A stretch of 64,000 bases of DNA from an uncultured Gemmatimonadales bacterium (GTDB lineage: Bacteria > Gemmatimonadota > Gemmatimonadetes > Palauibacterales > Palauibacteraceae). The stretch lies in contig CAWANJ010000009.1 of the NCBI GenBank assembly GCA_963783385.1, positions 704,001 through 768,000 of the forward strand, written 5' to 3'. Under the pieces are notes generated by a model, which saw only the letters and a list, made by a program, of their open reading frames with translations, searched no databases and was not told the origin of the DNA. Numbering within the stretch: the first letter of the stretch is position 1; every line of letters starts with the position of its first letter. The translations under genes and the position numbers were made by a program. This document shows, in pieces, positions 24,243-34,967 of this stretch.

Positions 24243-25930
24243 CTAGATGCTGACCGGCTCGCCGGTCTTGTGGCGCTCGAGGTAGATCATGAAGAAGGTG
24301 CGCGTGACGAACACGGCCGTGAAGAACGACGCCACGATCCCGATCGACAGCGTGACCGCGAAGCCCTGCACGGGACCGGTTCCGAATTGGAACAGGATGA
24401 CGGCCGTGATCAGGGTGGTCAGGTTCGAGTCCACGATGGCCGACATGGCCTCCTGGAAACCCGCCTCGACCGCGGTCCGCGCCGATTTCCCGCGATCCAG
24501 CTCTTCCCGCACGCGTTCGAAGATCAGCACGTTGGCATCCACCGCCATCCCCACCGACAGGATGAGGCCCGCGATCCCGGGCAGCGTCAGCGTGGCCTTG
24601 AGGCCCGCCAGGCCGCCGAGGACGAGCAGGATGTAGACGGCCAGCGCGCACACGGCCATGAACCCCGCCACCCGGTAGTAACCGACCATGATGAAGATGA
24701 CCGCGACGATGCCGATCGCGAAGGCGAGCTTGCCCTTGTGAATCGAGTCGGCGCCCAGCGAGGGCCCGACCGTACGCTCCTCGACGATCTTGATCTTCAC
24801 GGGCAGGGCGCCGGCCCGCAGCACGAGGGCCAGGTCCTGGGCCTCCTGCAGCTTGGACCCGGTGCCCATCTCGATCTGGGCCCGGCGGCTCAGGGTCTGC
24901 TTGATGACCGGTGCGCTCTGCACCTTGCCGTCCAGGACGATGGCCATGAAGTCACCGACGTGGCGGCTGGTGCCGCGCTCGAACATGCGGGCGCCCCGCC
25001 GGGTCATCGTGAAGGGGACGACAGGCTGGTTGTAGGTGGGATCGCGCGTGGCGGGCCCGGCGTCGGCCAGCTGGTCGCCGGTCACCAGGTCCTGCTTCTC
25101 GAGCACGTAGAGCGGCAGGTAGCTGTTGCCGCCCTCGCCCACCGGGCTGGCGCCCCACGCCAGGTCCGTGTTCCGGGGCAGGGCCTTCTGGACCCCCGGC
25201 AGGGCCAGGTACTTCTGGACGGTGGGCACGTCCTGCTGCGCCACCAGGAACTCTCCCGGCGTGCCCGACTCGAGGAGGAGCGCGCTCAGCGGGCGGAGCG
25301 AGGTGCCCGCGGTGTCCGAGGAAGCCGCGGCGGCGGTGTCCGCATTCGCCGTGTCGGCGATGGCCTGGCCGGACGTGTCGGAGGCGGCGCCCGTGTCCGC
25401 CGCGCCGCCCTTCAGGATCTGCTCCAGGCCTGGCTGCTTGGCGCTGGCCGACTCCCCTGCCAGACCCGGTGTGCCCAGGTTCTGGGGGCCGAGGGTGTCG
25501 ACGATCGCCCGGTCCAGCCGGGACAGGTTGCGCCGGAACTCGTCCCCGCTCTTGACGATCTTGAACTCCAGGAAGGCCGTCTTCTCGATGACCTCCTTGG
25601 CGCGCTCCGGGTTCTCGATCCCGGCCAGCTCGATGATGATGCGGTCGTTGCCCGCCTTCTGGATGGTGGGCTCCCGGACGCCGAACTGGTTGATCCGGTT
25701 GCGGATCGTGGTCAGGGTGCGATCGATGGCGTCGGCGCGCTGCTGCGCATCCAGGGTGCCGTTGGGGTCGTCGATCTCGACGGCCAGATGCATCCCCCCT
25801 GGAGGTCCAGCCCCAGATTGATGGGGGAGATCTCCTTCCCGTCGGGCCCATGCTTGGGCACCAGTGCCCACACGCACACCAGGAGGAGGGCGCCGATGAG
25901 GACGATACGTCCCTTGATCGTGCTCAGCAT
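24243..25930 (-). CDS. secD: Protein translocase subunit SecD, one frameshift near 25796 (probable sequencing error)
   Basis: The N-terminus with NLGLDLQGG is in ORF 25712..25930; the rest (LRAGALP, VGPSLG, GMAVDANVLIFER) is in ORF 24243..25877. A G6 run would need to be G7 to read LDLQGGMHL. Confidence 0.95.
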
Positions 25931-26042
25931 CTCACGTCGAAGCTCGGTTCACGGCATCGCGGCCGGTACCCCGCCGCACCAGAAACTCGGCAAGCTATGG
26001 GGGGACGGAGGCCGATGAAAGAGGCGAGTCCGGGGCGGCGGA

Positions 26043-27338
26043 TCAGCGGCGACGCCGGCCCCGGCTGAGGCGCGACCGCGGGCGCGACGCTTCCGGCTCC
26101 TCGGCCGCGGCGGCCGCCAGCGGTTCGACCGAGGGCTCGAACCCCTCGACCGCGCGGCGCTCGATGGGCTCGCCGGTCAGCTTCTCGATGTCGCGCACCA
26201 TCAACCACTCGTGTGGAGACATGAGGGTGATGGCGTCGCCGGTCTCGTCGGCGCGGGCCGTGCGGCCGACCCGGTGCACGTAGTCCCGCGGATCTTCGGG
26301 CACATCGAAGTTGACCACGTGCTTGATGCCGCGAATGTCGAGCCCGCGGGCCGCCACGTTGGTGGCCACCATGATGCGCGTCTTCCCGTCGCGGAAGTCC
26401 TGGAGTGTCCCGGTGCGCTCGGCCTGGGAGCGTCCCCCGTGCAGGTCCTCCACCGACAGCCCCTGGTCCCGGAGGTAGTCGGCCAGGTAGCTGGCCGTGT
26501 CGCGCCGGCGCGTGAACACGAGGATCTGGCCCTCCGTGCGGCTCTCGAGCAGGTGGAGCAGAAGCTCGTGCTTCTCGGCGCGGTCCACGGGATGGATGAC
26601 CTCGTCGATCCCCTCGGCCGCCTTCTCGAGCCCCACCTGGACCCGCACCGGCTCCCGCATGACCTGGTGGGCCAGGTAGAGGATCGCGTTGGGGATGGTG
26701 GCCGAGAACAAGAAGGTCTGCCGGGAGGAGGGGGTCTCCGCCACGATGCGGCGGACGTCGTCGATGAAGCCCATGTCGAGCATCCGGTCGGCCTCGTCGA
26801 GGACGAGCACCTCGATGCTCCCCAGGTCCGCCGTGCCCCGCTCCACGTGATCGAGGAGCCGGCCCGGCGTGGCGACCAGAATGTCGCATCCCCACTCGAG
26901 GGCCCGGATCTCGGGTCCGATCGGGACGCCTCCGTGCACGACGGTCGACTCGATCGAGGTCGTGGCGGCGTAACCACGGATAGCCCGCTCGACCTGCTGT
27001 GCCAGCTCCCGCGTCGGGGTCACGACCAGGCCTCGGAGCGTGCCCTGGTCCACCTCGTTCTCCGCGAGGCGTTCGATCATCGGCAGGGAGAAGGCGGCCG
27101 TCTTCCCGGTGCCCGTCTGCGCGGAGCCGAGTACATCACGGCCCTCGAGGGCGGGAGGGATCGCCCCGCGCTGGATGGCGGTCGGCTCCACGTAGCCCAA
27201 CCGGTCGAGGGCCTCCAGTGCCCGTGTCGACAGGCCGAGAGAGTCGAAGCCCGGCAACGGCTCCTCGCGTGGCGCGTCCTTCATTTCGGTCGGTGCCTCT
27301 GCGTCCGTGTCCGTGTCGGTTTCCGTTTGCATATCCAT
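26043..27338 (-). CDS. DEAD-box RNA helicase (RhlE-like)
   Basis: AQTGTGKT, PTRELA, TPGR, DEAD, SAT and HRVGRT motifs. Confidence 0.96.
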   Translation of the reverse strand: MDMQTETDTDTDAEAPTEMKDAPREEPLPGFDSLGLSTRALEALDRLGYVEPTAIQRGAIPPALEGRDVLGSAQTGTGKTAAFSLPMIERLAENEVDQGTLRGLVVTPTRELAQQVERAIRGYAATTSIESTVVHGGVPIGPEIRALEWGCDILVATPGRLLDHVERGTADLGSIEVLVLDEADRMLDMGFIDDVRRIVAETPSSRQTFLFSATIPNAILYLAHQVMREPVRVQVGLEKAAEGIDEVIHPVDRAEKHELLLHLLESRTEGQILVFTRRRDTASYLADYLRDQGLSVEDLHGGRSQAERTGTLQDFRDGKTRIMVATNVAARGLDIRGIKHVVNFDVPEDPRDYVHRVGRTARADETGDAITLMSPHEWLMVRDIEKLTGEPIERRAVEGFEPSVEPLAAAAAEEPEASRPRSRLSRGRRRR

Positions 27339-27501
27339 CGTCCTGGAATCGCTTCCGTCAGGCCGCGAGCCCAGTACGTGGCCGACGCGGCGTCGTCTCT
27401 GCTACCTCTTCTACCATCGTTCCGGCGGAGGGCTACCCTGCCCGCCCGCCGTGGATCCGGGCCCCGGGGACCGGCGACCCGTCCATCGTCGGCGGACGGC
27501 C

Positions 27502-28131
27502 TTACCTCTCTCCCTGTTCAAGGGCCCGGAGCTCGCGCTCCAGCTCCGCGGCCACGCGCCCGTCGGCCGTGGCGCGCTCCCGCACTTCGCGGAGGGTCTG
27601 CAGGGCCTCAGGGCGACCGTCGCGCGCCGCCAGCCGACGCGCCAGCAGGATGGCGAGGCCGGGATCCGGATCGCGGTCCAGGAAGCCGCGGAGCGCCTCG
27701 ATCACGTCATCGTGGGCTGCCTCGTCCGCGCCCGCGGGCGCCCCGGTCCGCGCCTCCACGTAGGCCCGCAGGCTCGCCCGGGCCTCCGCCACCAGCCCCA
27801 TGTCGAGCTGGAGCTCGGCCAGTCGCCGCAATGGCTCCGGGTCGTCCGGATACACCCGGACGACCTTCTCCCAGACGGCGACGGCGTTGACCATGAGGCC
27901 GAGCTCCCGGTACAGCTCGGCGGCGCCCCGGTACCATTCCATCGCGTCGACCGATCGCCCGGCCCGAAAGTGCAGGTCGGCGATCCTCAGGTACAACGTG
28001 GGCTCGGGCATCGCATCCGGATCGCGCAGGGAGGCACGCAGCGCCTCGTCGTAGAGCGCGAGGGCGCGATCGTAATCTCCCGCCGACTCGAGCCGGCGAG
28101 CCTCGGATTTCAGCTGCGTCTCGGATTTCAT
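27502..28131 (-). CDS. Tetratricopeptide repeat protein
   Basis: TPR-like helical patterns (GDYDRALALY, AVAVWEKVVRVYPDD). Confidence 0.75.
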   Translation of the reverse strand: MKSETQLKSEARRLESAGDYDRALALYDEALRASLRDPDAMPEPTLYLRIADLHFRAGRSVDAMEWYRGAAELYRELGLMVNAVAVWEKVVRVYPDDPEPLRRLAELQLDMGLVAEARASLRAYVEARTGAPAGADEAAHDDVIEALRGFLDRDPDPGLAILLARRLAARDGRPEALQTLREVRERATADGRVAAELERELRALEQGER

Positions 28132-28289
28132 TCCGGGGCGGTCCGTGAAAAGTCCACCGAGCGTCGGGCCGCTGGACGGCTGCCGCGACCGGACGGCGAC
28201 ATCGCGTCTGCCCCGTCCGATCCTGCCATGCCACTCTTGTATTTACGACATCGTGCGTGTCTTGGGAACCGTCGTCCCCTCGGGGAGGA

Positions 28290-28363
28290 TGGGCCCGCCG
28301 GGATTCGAACCCGGGACCTTGGAATTATGAGTTCCCTGCTCTGACCAGCTGAGCTACGGGCCC
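28290..28363 (-). tRNA. tRNA with CAU anticodon, probably tRNA-Ile2 (lysidine-modified); CCA not encoded
   Basis: GGGCCCGTAGCTCAGCTGGTCAGAGCAGGGAACTCATAATTCCAAGGTCCCGGGTTCGAATCCCGGCGGGCCCA folds as a cloverleaf. It has a G1-C72 pair, so it is not the initiator. Ile2 versus elongator Met is inferred from the acceptor stem. Confidence 0.93.
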
Positions 28364-28578
28364 CCGGCGACCGGCGTCGCCGCGACGCCATCATACGGGG
28401 GCCGTGGAGCGATGTCGACCGCCTCCGGCTCGCCCCCGGTGAGAGCCGGCCCGCGGGGGACGATGCTTGCGCCGGCCCCGAACGGGCGGTAGCGATACGT
28501 CCTCGCGCCATCCCCGTGCCGCCAAGGAGCGACCGCATGCGCGCCTCACCGTCCCCGGACGTCCGGGCCTAACCCGCC

Positions 28579-29982
28579 GTGTTCCTGGGCCGCAGCCCGT
28601 GGGAGCTCCTCGGCCAGGGGGCGTCCGACCGCCGCCGGTCGCTCCCGGCGACCCAGCTCTTCCTGCTCTCCTTCGCCGGGCTCATCCTGTTCGGAACGCT
28701 GGGCCTCCTCGTCCTGCCCGGCCTGTACACGGGTCCCCGGCTCGGCGTCGTGGACGCCCTGTTCACCTCGACGAGCGCGGTGTGCGTCACCGGGCTCATC
28801 GTGGTCGACACGGCCACCTACTTCACCCCCCTGGGACAGGCGTGGATCGCCCTCCTCATCCAGCTCGGCGGCCTGGGCATCCTCACCTTCACGACGCTGG
28901 TGATCTCGCTCCTGGGGCGGCGCGCCAGCCTCGGAGCCGAAGAGGCGGCCGGGGGGCACGCGTCGGCCTTCCGGCACCTGGATCCGAGGACGCTGGTGCG
29001 GGCCGTCGTGATCTCGACCCTCATCCTGGAGGGGACGGGCGCCGCCATCCTGTGGGTGGACTGGGCGGGTCGGATGGGCTGGCTCCACGCCCTGTGGCCG
29101 GCCGTGTTCCACGCGATCTCGGCCTTCTGCAACGCCGGCTTCTCGGTGTTCTCCGACTCCCTGGTCGGCCTGCGCACCTCGCCGGTGACGCTGCTCACGG
29201 TGTCGGGGCTCATCGTCCTCGGCGGGATCGGCTTCGTGGTGATGACGGACATGCACGCCCGCCACCTGCGCGGGAGAACGGACCGCCTCTCGACGCATAC
29301 CCGCCTCGCCCTGCTCACCACCGCCGTGCTCCTGGTCGGCTCCACGATCCTGTTCCTCGTGTTCGAGTCCGGGCACGCGCTCCGCGGGCTGGGGTGGACC
29401 GACAAGCTGACCAACGCCTGGTTCATGGCGGCCACCCCCAGGACGGCCGGGTTCAACACGGTGAACTACGACACGGTCTCGAACCCCTCCCTGTTCCTCA
29501 CGATCGTGCTCATGATCATCGGGGGCTCGCCCGGGTCGACCGCCGGGGGCCTCAAGACCACCACCGTCGCCCTCCTCCTCCTGGTGCTGTGGTCCCGCCT
29601 CAAGGGGCGCGACCACGTGTCCTTCATGGGCCGCACGATCCCCGACGAGACGCTGCAGCGGGCCACGGGCCTCACGATCGGGGGGCTGTCCATCCTGGCG
29701 GTGGCGGTCTTCTTCCTGTCGATGACCGAGCTGCCGGTGCAGGGACCCGCCGAGCGGGCCGGCTTCCTGCGACTCGTGTTCGAGGCGCACAGCGCTTTCG
29801 GCACGGTCGGCCTGTCGATGGGCGTCACCTCGACACTGACGAAGATGGGAAGGCTCATCATCATAGCATTGATGTACTTGGGACGTGTCGGTCCGCTGGC
29901 CGTGGCCTCGGCCATGGCGCTGGCCGGCGGCCGGGGCGGGCCGCGCTACCGCTACGCCCGCGAGGACGTGGTGATCGGATGA
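28579..29982 (+). CDS. Trk/Ktr potassium uptake membrane subunit (KtrB/TrkH)
   Basis: SAVCVTGL, SAFCNAGF, PRTAGF and SAFGTVGLS pore loops; start uncertain. Confidence 0.95.
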   Translation: MFLGRSPWELLGQGASDRRRSLPATQLFLLSFAGLILFGTLGLLVLPGLYTGPRLGVVDALFTSTSAVCVTGLIVVDTATYFTPLGQAWIALLIQLGGLGILTFTTLVISLLGRRASLGAEEAAGGHASAFRHLDPRTLVRAVVISTLILEGTGAAILWVDWAGRMGWLHALWPAVFHAISAFCNAGFSVFSDSLVGLRTSPVTLLTVSGLIVLGGIGFVVMTDMHARHLRGRTDRLSTHTRLALLTTAVLLVGSTILFLVFESGHALRGLGWTDKLTNAWFMAATPRTAGFNTVNYDTVSNPSLFLTIVLMIIGGSPGSTAGGLKTTTVALLLLVLWSRLKGRDHVSFMGRTIPDETLQRATGLTIGGLSILAVAVFFLSMTELPVQGPAERAGFLRLVFEAHSAFGTVGLSMGVTSTLTKMGRLIIIALMYLGRVGPLAVASAMALAGGRGGPRYRYAREDVVIG

Positions 29983-30052
29983 TCGGACGGGGCGCGGCGG
30001 TCCGGTCGAACTGGAACCAGCGGGGCCCGTCGCGGTCCACCGAGGAGGACGC

Positions 30053-30724
30053 ATGCCGGCAATGAAGCGGTTCCTGGTGATCGGCCTGGGGCACTTCGGC
30101 TCGTGGGTGGCCCGGGCGCTCCACGCCCAGGGCCACGAGGTCATCGCGGTCGAGGAGCAGGGAGAACTGGTCGACCGACATGCCTCCATGGTGAGCCGGG
30201 GCGTGGTCGGGGACGCCACCGACCGCGAGCTCCTGCGCGAGATCGGAGCAGGCTCGGTGGACGCCGCCGTGATCAGCACCGGCGAGGACCTGGCTACCTC
30301 GATCCTGGCCACCCTCGCGCTCCGCGACATGGGCGTGAAGGACATCTTCGTGAAGGTGACCAGCCCGGAGGCGGCCCGCGCCCTGGAGGCGTTCCAGGTG
30401 AGGGAGACGATCTTCCCCGAACGGGAGGTCGCCTACCGACTGGCCCACCGCATCGCCTCGCAGACGGTGCTCGACTACCTGCCGCTCTCGGAGGGCTACT
30501 CGATCCAGGAGATCGCGATTCCCGACCGGTGGCTGGGGAAGACGCTCCGGGAGCTCGCCCTCCCCCAGCGCTACGGGATCCAGGTGGTGGCCGTATACGA
30601 CGTCCTGACCGACTCCATGCAGGTGGTTCCCGACGCCGAGAAGCCGCTCAAGGAATCGGACGTGGCCATCGTGGCGGGCCGGGACGAGCGGGTGGCCGAG
30701 GTGCTGGGCGAGAGCCCGGGCTGA
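30053..30724 (+). CDS. Trk/Ktr RCK regulatory subunit (KtrA/TrkA)
   Basis: VIGLGHFG Rossmann motif, GDATD, IFPE and an RCK-C domain. Confidence 0.93.
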   Translation: MPAMKRFLVIGLGHFGSWVARALHAQGHEVIAVEEQGELVDRHASMVSRGVVGDATDRELLREIGAGSVDAAVISTGEDLATSILATLALRDMGVKDIFVKVTSPEAARALEAFQVRETIFPEREVAYRLAHRIASQTVLDYLPLSEGYSIQEIAIPDRWLGKTLRELALPQRYGIQVVAVYDVLTDSMQVVPDAEKPLKESDVAIVAGRDERVAEVLGESPG

Positions 30725-30736
30725 GCGGCGGGGCGC

Positions 30737-31378
30737 CTACTCCGTCCCGAACAGACGATCCCCGGCGTCCCCCAGGCCCGGGAGGATGTAGCCGTGCTCG
30801 TTCAGCTCCCGGTCCAGGGCCGCCGCGTACACCGGGACCTCCGGGTGCTCCTCGGCCAGCCGCGCGACGCCCTCCGGCGCGGCGACCACGCAGGCGAACC
30901 GGATCCCCCCGGCGCCCGAGCGCTTCAGGAAGCCAATGGCGGCGCTCGCCGAGCCGCCCGTGGCCAGCATGGGATCGACCACGATGAACTCCCGCTCGCC
31001 GGGATCGGGAGGGATCTTGAAGTAGTAGTCCACCGGCTCCAGCGACTCGTGCTCCCTCTGGATCCCAATGTGACCCACGCGCATGGTCGGAAGGATGCGC
31101 AGGAAGCCCTCGGTCATCCCGAGGCCGGCCCGCAGGATCGGGACGAGCACCAGTCGGTCTCCGTCCACCTCCTCGCCCGTCGTGCGCTCCAGCGGCGTCC
31201 TCACTTCGCGGCGCCGCGTGGGCAGGTCCGCCGTCACCTCGTAGGCCAGGAGCAGGGTGATCTCGTCCAGGAGCTCCTTGAACCGCTTCTTGGGCGTGGA
31301 CACGTCGCGAAGCAGCGTGACCTTGTGGCGCACGAGTGGGTGCTCGACCAGCCGGAAGCCCCGGTGCGGCCCGCTCAT
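30737..31378 (-). CDS. upp: Uracil phosphoribosyltransferase
   Basis: HPLVRHK, ILRAGLGM, DPMLATGGS and YILPGLGDAGDRLFGT. Confidence 0.98.
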   Translation of the reverse strand: MSGPHRGFRLVEHPLVRHKVTLLRDVSTPKKRFKELLDEITLLLAYEVTADLPTRRREVRTPLERTTGEEVDGDRLVLVPILRAGLGMTEGFLRILPTMRVGHIGIQREHESLEPVDYYFKIPPDPGEREFIVVDPMLATGGSASAAIGFLKRSGAGGIRFACVVAAPEGVARLAEEHPEVPVYAAALDRELNEHGYILPGLGDAGDRLFGTE

Positions 31379-32430
31379 GCCGCCGTCACCCGCACGTGCG
31401 GCTCGCCGGCCTCGAACCGGCCAATGACGGAGGCCTCGTATCCACGCGCCACGAGCGCCGCGGCGACGGCCTCGCCCGCGTCGGCGGGCACCGCCGCCAG
31501 CAGACCTCCCGACGTCTGCGCGTCGCACAGCAGCACCCGCCGCGCCTCGGCGACGCTCTCATCCCAGGTGGTGGCGCGCTCGGCGGCGGCCCGGTTCCGC
31601 CCGGTGCCACCCGGGATGAAGCCCTCCCCCGCCAGCTCCAGGGCCCCGGGGAGGAGCCGCGGCGACCCGGCCGCGACCGTAGCCCCCAGCCCTCCCGCAC
31701 GGCACATCTCGAGCAGGTGGCCGAGCAAGCCATACCCGGTCACGTCCGTGGCGGCATGCACCTCGAAGCCCCCCAGCGTCTCCATCGCATCCCGGTTCAG
31801 ACGCCGCATGGAGGCCACCGCCGCCTCCACCACCGGCACGGCGGCCTTCCCCATCTTGAGTGCCGTGGTCACGACGCCCGTCCCCAGGGCCTTGCCCAGC
31901 ACAATGGCATCGCCGGGCCGCGCCCCACCCTTCCGCCACACGGCATCGGGGTGAACCTCACCGAGCACGACGAGGCCGAACTTGGGCTCCGGGTCGTCGA
32001 TCGAGTGCCCCCCGGCCACCGGGATGCCCGCCTCGGAGCACGCCTCGGCCGCGCCTACCAGGATGGCGGCCACCACCTCCTCGGGTAGCTCTTCGGCGGG
32101 GATCGCGAGGATGTTGAGCGCGAACAGGGGCCTCGCATGCATGGCATACAGGTCGCTGAGCGCGTTGGCGGCCGCGATGGCGCCGAAGTCGGCCGGGTCG
32201 TCGACCACGGGCGTGAAGAAGTCCAGGCTCGCGACCACGGCGCGGTCGGCGCCGAGGGCGTACACGACCGCGTCGTCCGGCGCCTCGAGACCCACGAGGA
32301 GACTCGGGACCGACCCGATGGGAACGTGCTTAAGCAGGGTTTCCAGGTCCTCCGGACCCAGCTTGCACGCTCACCCGGCGCCGTGGGAATATTGCGTGAG
32401 CCGCACCCGGGCCGCGGCCGGTGTGTTCAT
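31375..32430 (-). CDS. selD: Selenide, water dikinase; selenoprotein with in-frame UGA at 32371-32373
   Basis: ORFs 32371..32565 and 31375..32295 are in the same frame: RLTQYSHGAG-UGA-ACKLGP...DDAVVY...DFFTP...ANALSD...GGHS...TDVTGYGL...QTSGGLL. Confidence 0.96.
32326..32370 (-). promoter_or_regulatory. Bacterial SECIS-like hairpin just 3' of the selD UGA
   Basis: CTGGGTCC-GGA-GGACCTGG stem-loop; the G-first loop starts 17 nt after the UGA. Lower stem GTGC-AAGC/GCTT-GCAC. Confidence 0.7.
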
Positions 32431-32579
32431 GTGGGACCCTCGCGTGCGGGGCTCGAGTCTCGCCTGGCGTCCCGGCGGTCCTTCCGCCGTGACCGTGGAC
32501 CCGGCGAAGGTAGGGGCGGCGCGGGCCTTGCGGCAACGAGCGACGCACCCCGGGGGCCCACCCAATGCATGGGGCGATC

Positions 32580-33266
32580 ATGGGATGGTTCCACCGACCC
32601 GACCACCGATCCGAGCCCGACGACCCGGACGCGCTGCGTGCGCGCATGGTGGACCGCCAGATCCGCGCGCGGGGTGTCCGGGACCGGCGCGTCCTCGAGG
32701 CCATGACGCGCATCCCCCGGCACCTGTTCGTGCCCGCCGCGCGCCGGTCCGACGCCTACGCGGACGCCGCCCTCCCCATCGGGCAAGGCCAGACCATCTC
32801 CCAGCCCTACATCGTGGCCTTCATGACCGAGGCCCTCGAGCCCGCGGACGGACTTCGCGTCCTCGAGGTCGGCACGGGCTCGGGCTACCAGGCGGCAGTC
32901 CTGGCGGCCTGCGCAATGGAGGTGTGGAGCGTGGAGCGCCTGCCGGAGCTCCAGCGGAGCGCCGCCGAGGCCCTGCGCGACTCCGGCCTCGGCGACCGGG
33001 TCCACCTTCGACTCGGCGACGGCTCGAAGGGCTGGCCGGAGGAGGCCCCCTTCGACCGCATCGTGGTGACGGCGGCCGCGTCCACCGTGCCGCCCGCCCT
33101 GCTCGATCAGCTCGCCTCCCCGGGGATCCTGGTGGCGCCCGTCGGCGGCCCCGCACTGCAGCGGATCCTCCGCGTTCGCCGGGACGCGCAGGGACGTCTG
33201 AGCGAGCAGCCGCTCGAGGGCGCGCGCTTCGTCCCCCTGGTGGTGGACGAGGAAGGGGACGTCTGA
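32580..33266 (+). CDS. pcm: Protein-L-isoaspartate O-methyltransferase
   Basis: IPRHLF, GQTISQP, VLEVGTGSGY, APFDRI and RFVPL. Confidence 0.96.
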   Translation: MGWFHRPDHRSEPDDPDALRARMVDRQIRARGVRDRRVLEAMTRIPRHLFVPAARRSDAYADAALPIGQGQTISQPYIVAFMTEALEPADGLRVLEVGTGSGYQAAVLAACAMEVWSVERLPELQRSAAEALRDSGLGDRVHLRLGDGSKGWPEEAPFDRIVVTAAASTVPPALLDQLASPGILVAPVGGPALQRILRVRRDAQGRLSEQPLEGARFVPLVVDEEGDV

Positions 33267-33302
33267 GGGCCGCGCGCGCAGCTCCCGTCGGCCGTCCCCG
33301 GG

Positions 33303-34967
33303 TCAGCGCTTGAGGCGTTGCCCCCCGTCCTCGGTCCGGAACACGTACGCGGCCAGCGCCCCCGGCCGGATCTCACCGCTGCGGCTGCGGACGTCCAGGT
33401 CCGCGACCGAGCCCGCAGCGGCCCCGGGGCCCTCCACCTCCTCCGCGACGAACGCCCGGCAGCGCTCCGCCCAGTCGCTCCACGACCGCACGCGCAGGTC
33501 CACCCAGCCGCGCGCCGCCAGACGGTCCACGTCCACGGGCTCGTCCGGGCCCGGCGAGACCTCCACGTCCGGCCCTCGCAGCAGCCTGGCCCCGTCGGGG
33601 AGGAGCACCGGGATGCCGACGGACAGCATGTCGGAGCGGAGGGTGGCGTCTTCCTCCACGAGCTCGGCGCTCCGCCTCGCCATGCCCTCCGGATCCATGG
33701 CCGCCGCCGCCTCGAGGTCGGGTAGGAGCCGCTGGAGCAGCGAGGCCTCGAACAGCAGCTTGCTGAGCCGCGGCGGCCCCAGCATCTCGAACGCGACCGA
33801 GCGCACCCCGTGCTCCGCCTCGAGCTCCTCCATGCGCCGCAGCGCCGCCTCCCGCAGCACGCCACCCCGGTAGGTCGGGCCCGAGCAGGCACCGTCGAGC
33901 GCGCCGACAATGTCGCGGCCGGTGGGCCGGCCCTCGATCTCGGCCACCACGGTGGCCGCGATCTCCTCGGGAGTGATCACCTCCATCATCCGCAGGGTGG
34001 AGATCGCCTCGAACTCGCCCAGGCTGAAGCGGCCGTTCTCGCCGGCATCCAGGTAGACGGATTCGAGCACGCCCTCCGCGGCTCGATACGCCTCTCCGGC
34101 TCCGTCCCCGGCGAACGCCGAGGCGACAGAGATGGGCCCGGTGGCGTCGAAGCGCTGGATCGGCCGGTTGCCGCGCAGCACCGGACCGTAGCCGATCTCC
34201 TTCCAGGCGATGGCCGCGGTCGGCTTGATCTCCTTGACGGCCGGCGCGCCGTTGGTTCGGGCCATGAGAAAGAGGAGGAGCGAATGGGCCCCCGCGAGGC
34301 TCGACTTGGCCAGCAGGGTGGCCGACGGCCGCTGCTCGGAGTGGGTGAAGGGGATATCGAGGCCCATGCCCCCCGTGCCGGACGTGCCGATCTTCAGGTA
34401 CACGCGGGTGCCGGCCCGGCGGATCCCCTCCAGGAGCAACTGGATGTGGCGGATGAGCTGTGGAAGGTAGAGCGTGCACAGGTGAGCCTCCACCTCGGCC
34501 CTGTCCACGCCCTCCTCGGAGCCCACCAGCCGGCGGAGACGGCGGGCCGAGCCGAACACGTCCTGGTAGGCGATGGCCGTCGCCGTGTTGATGCAGTCGA
34601 CCAGGATGTCCGGTCGATGGCGCTCCAGGAGGGCGACCAGGGCGGAGCGTCCCACGGCGTCCGCATCGAGCGGGCCGTACAGGTCGTCCAGCAGCCGACC
34701 CCTGCCCTCCTCCTCCTCCAGGAGCTCGCGGCGGGAGCGCTCCCGGTCGGCCTCCCGGAGGAAGACGTCTCCCCACTCCGGCACCAGATCCACGCCTCCC
34801 GCGGCCGGATGCGCGGCCAGAGCCTCGACCGCCTCCCGGGCCTCGCCCTCTCGCAGCCCGGCCACCACGACCCGCGCGGGGCCGCGCCCCAGCACCTGTC
34901 GGGCGATCGCCGATCCGACCAGCCCCGTGCCGCCGAGCAGAAGGACCGTCTTTTCCCCGAGCTCCAT
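33303..34967 (-). CDS. Conserved protein with an N-terminal SDR/KR-like Rossmann motif, function unknown
   Basis: LLGGTGLVG; KIGTSGTGGMGL; abuts the rluB stop. Confidence 0.75.
   Translation of the reverse strand: MELGEKTVLLLGGTGLVGSAIARQVLGRGPARVVVAGLREGEAREAVEALAAHPAAGGVDLVPEWGDVFLREADRERSRRELLEEEEGRGRLLDDLYGPLDADAVGRSALVALLERHRPDILVDCINTATAIAYQDVFGSARRLRRLVGSEEGVDRAEVEAHLCTLYLPQLIRHIQLLLEGIRRAGTRVYLKIGTSGTGGMGLDIPFTHSEQRPSATLLAKSSLAGAHSLLLFLMARTNGAPAVKEIKPTAAIAWKEIGYGPVLRGNRPIQRFDATGPISVASAFAGDGAGEAYRAAEGVLESVYLDAGENGRFSLGEFEAISTLRMMEVITPEEIAATVVAEIEGRPTGRDIVGALDGACSGPTYRGGVLREAALRRMEELEAEHGVRSVAFEMLGPPRLSKLLFEASLLQRLLPDLEAAAAMDPEGMARRSAELVEEDATLRSDMLSVGIPVLLPDGARLLRGPDVEVSPGPDEPVDVDRLAARGWVDLRVRSWSDWAERCRAFVAEEVEGPGAAAGSVADLDVRSRSGEIRPGALAAYVFRTEDGGQRLKR

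Noticed and set aside
28290-28363. tRNA as an integration site
   Set aside because: No integrase, no duplicated tRNA 3' end and no compositional shift nearby.
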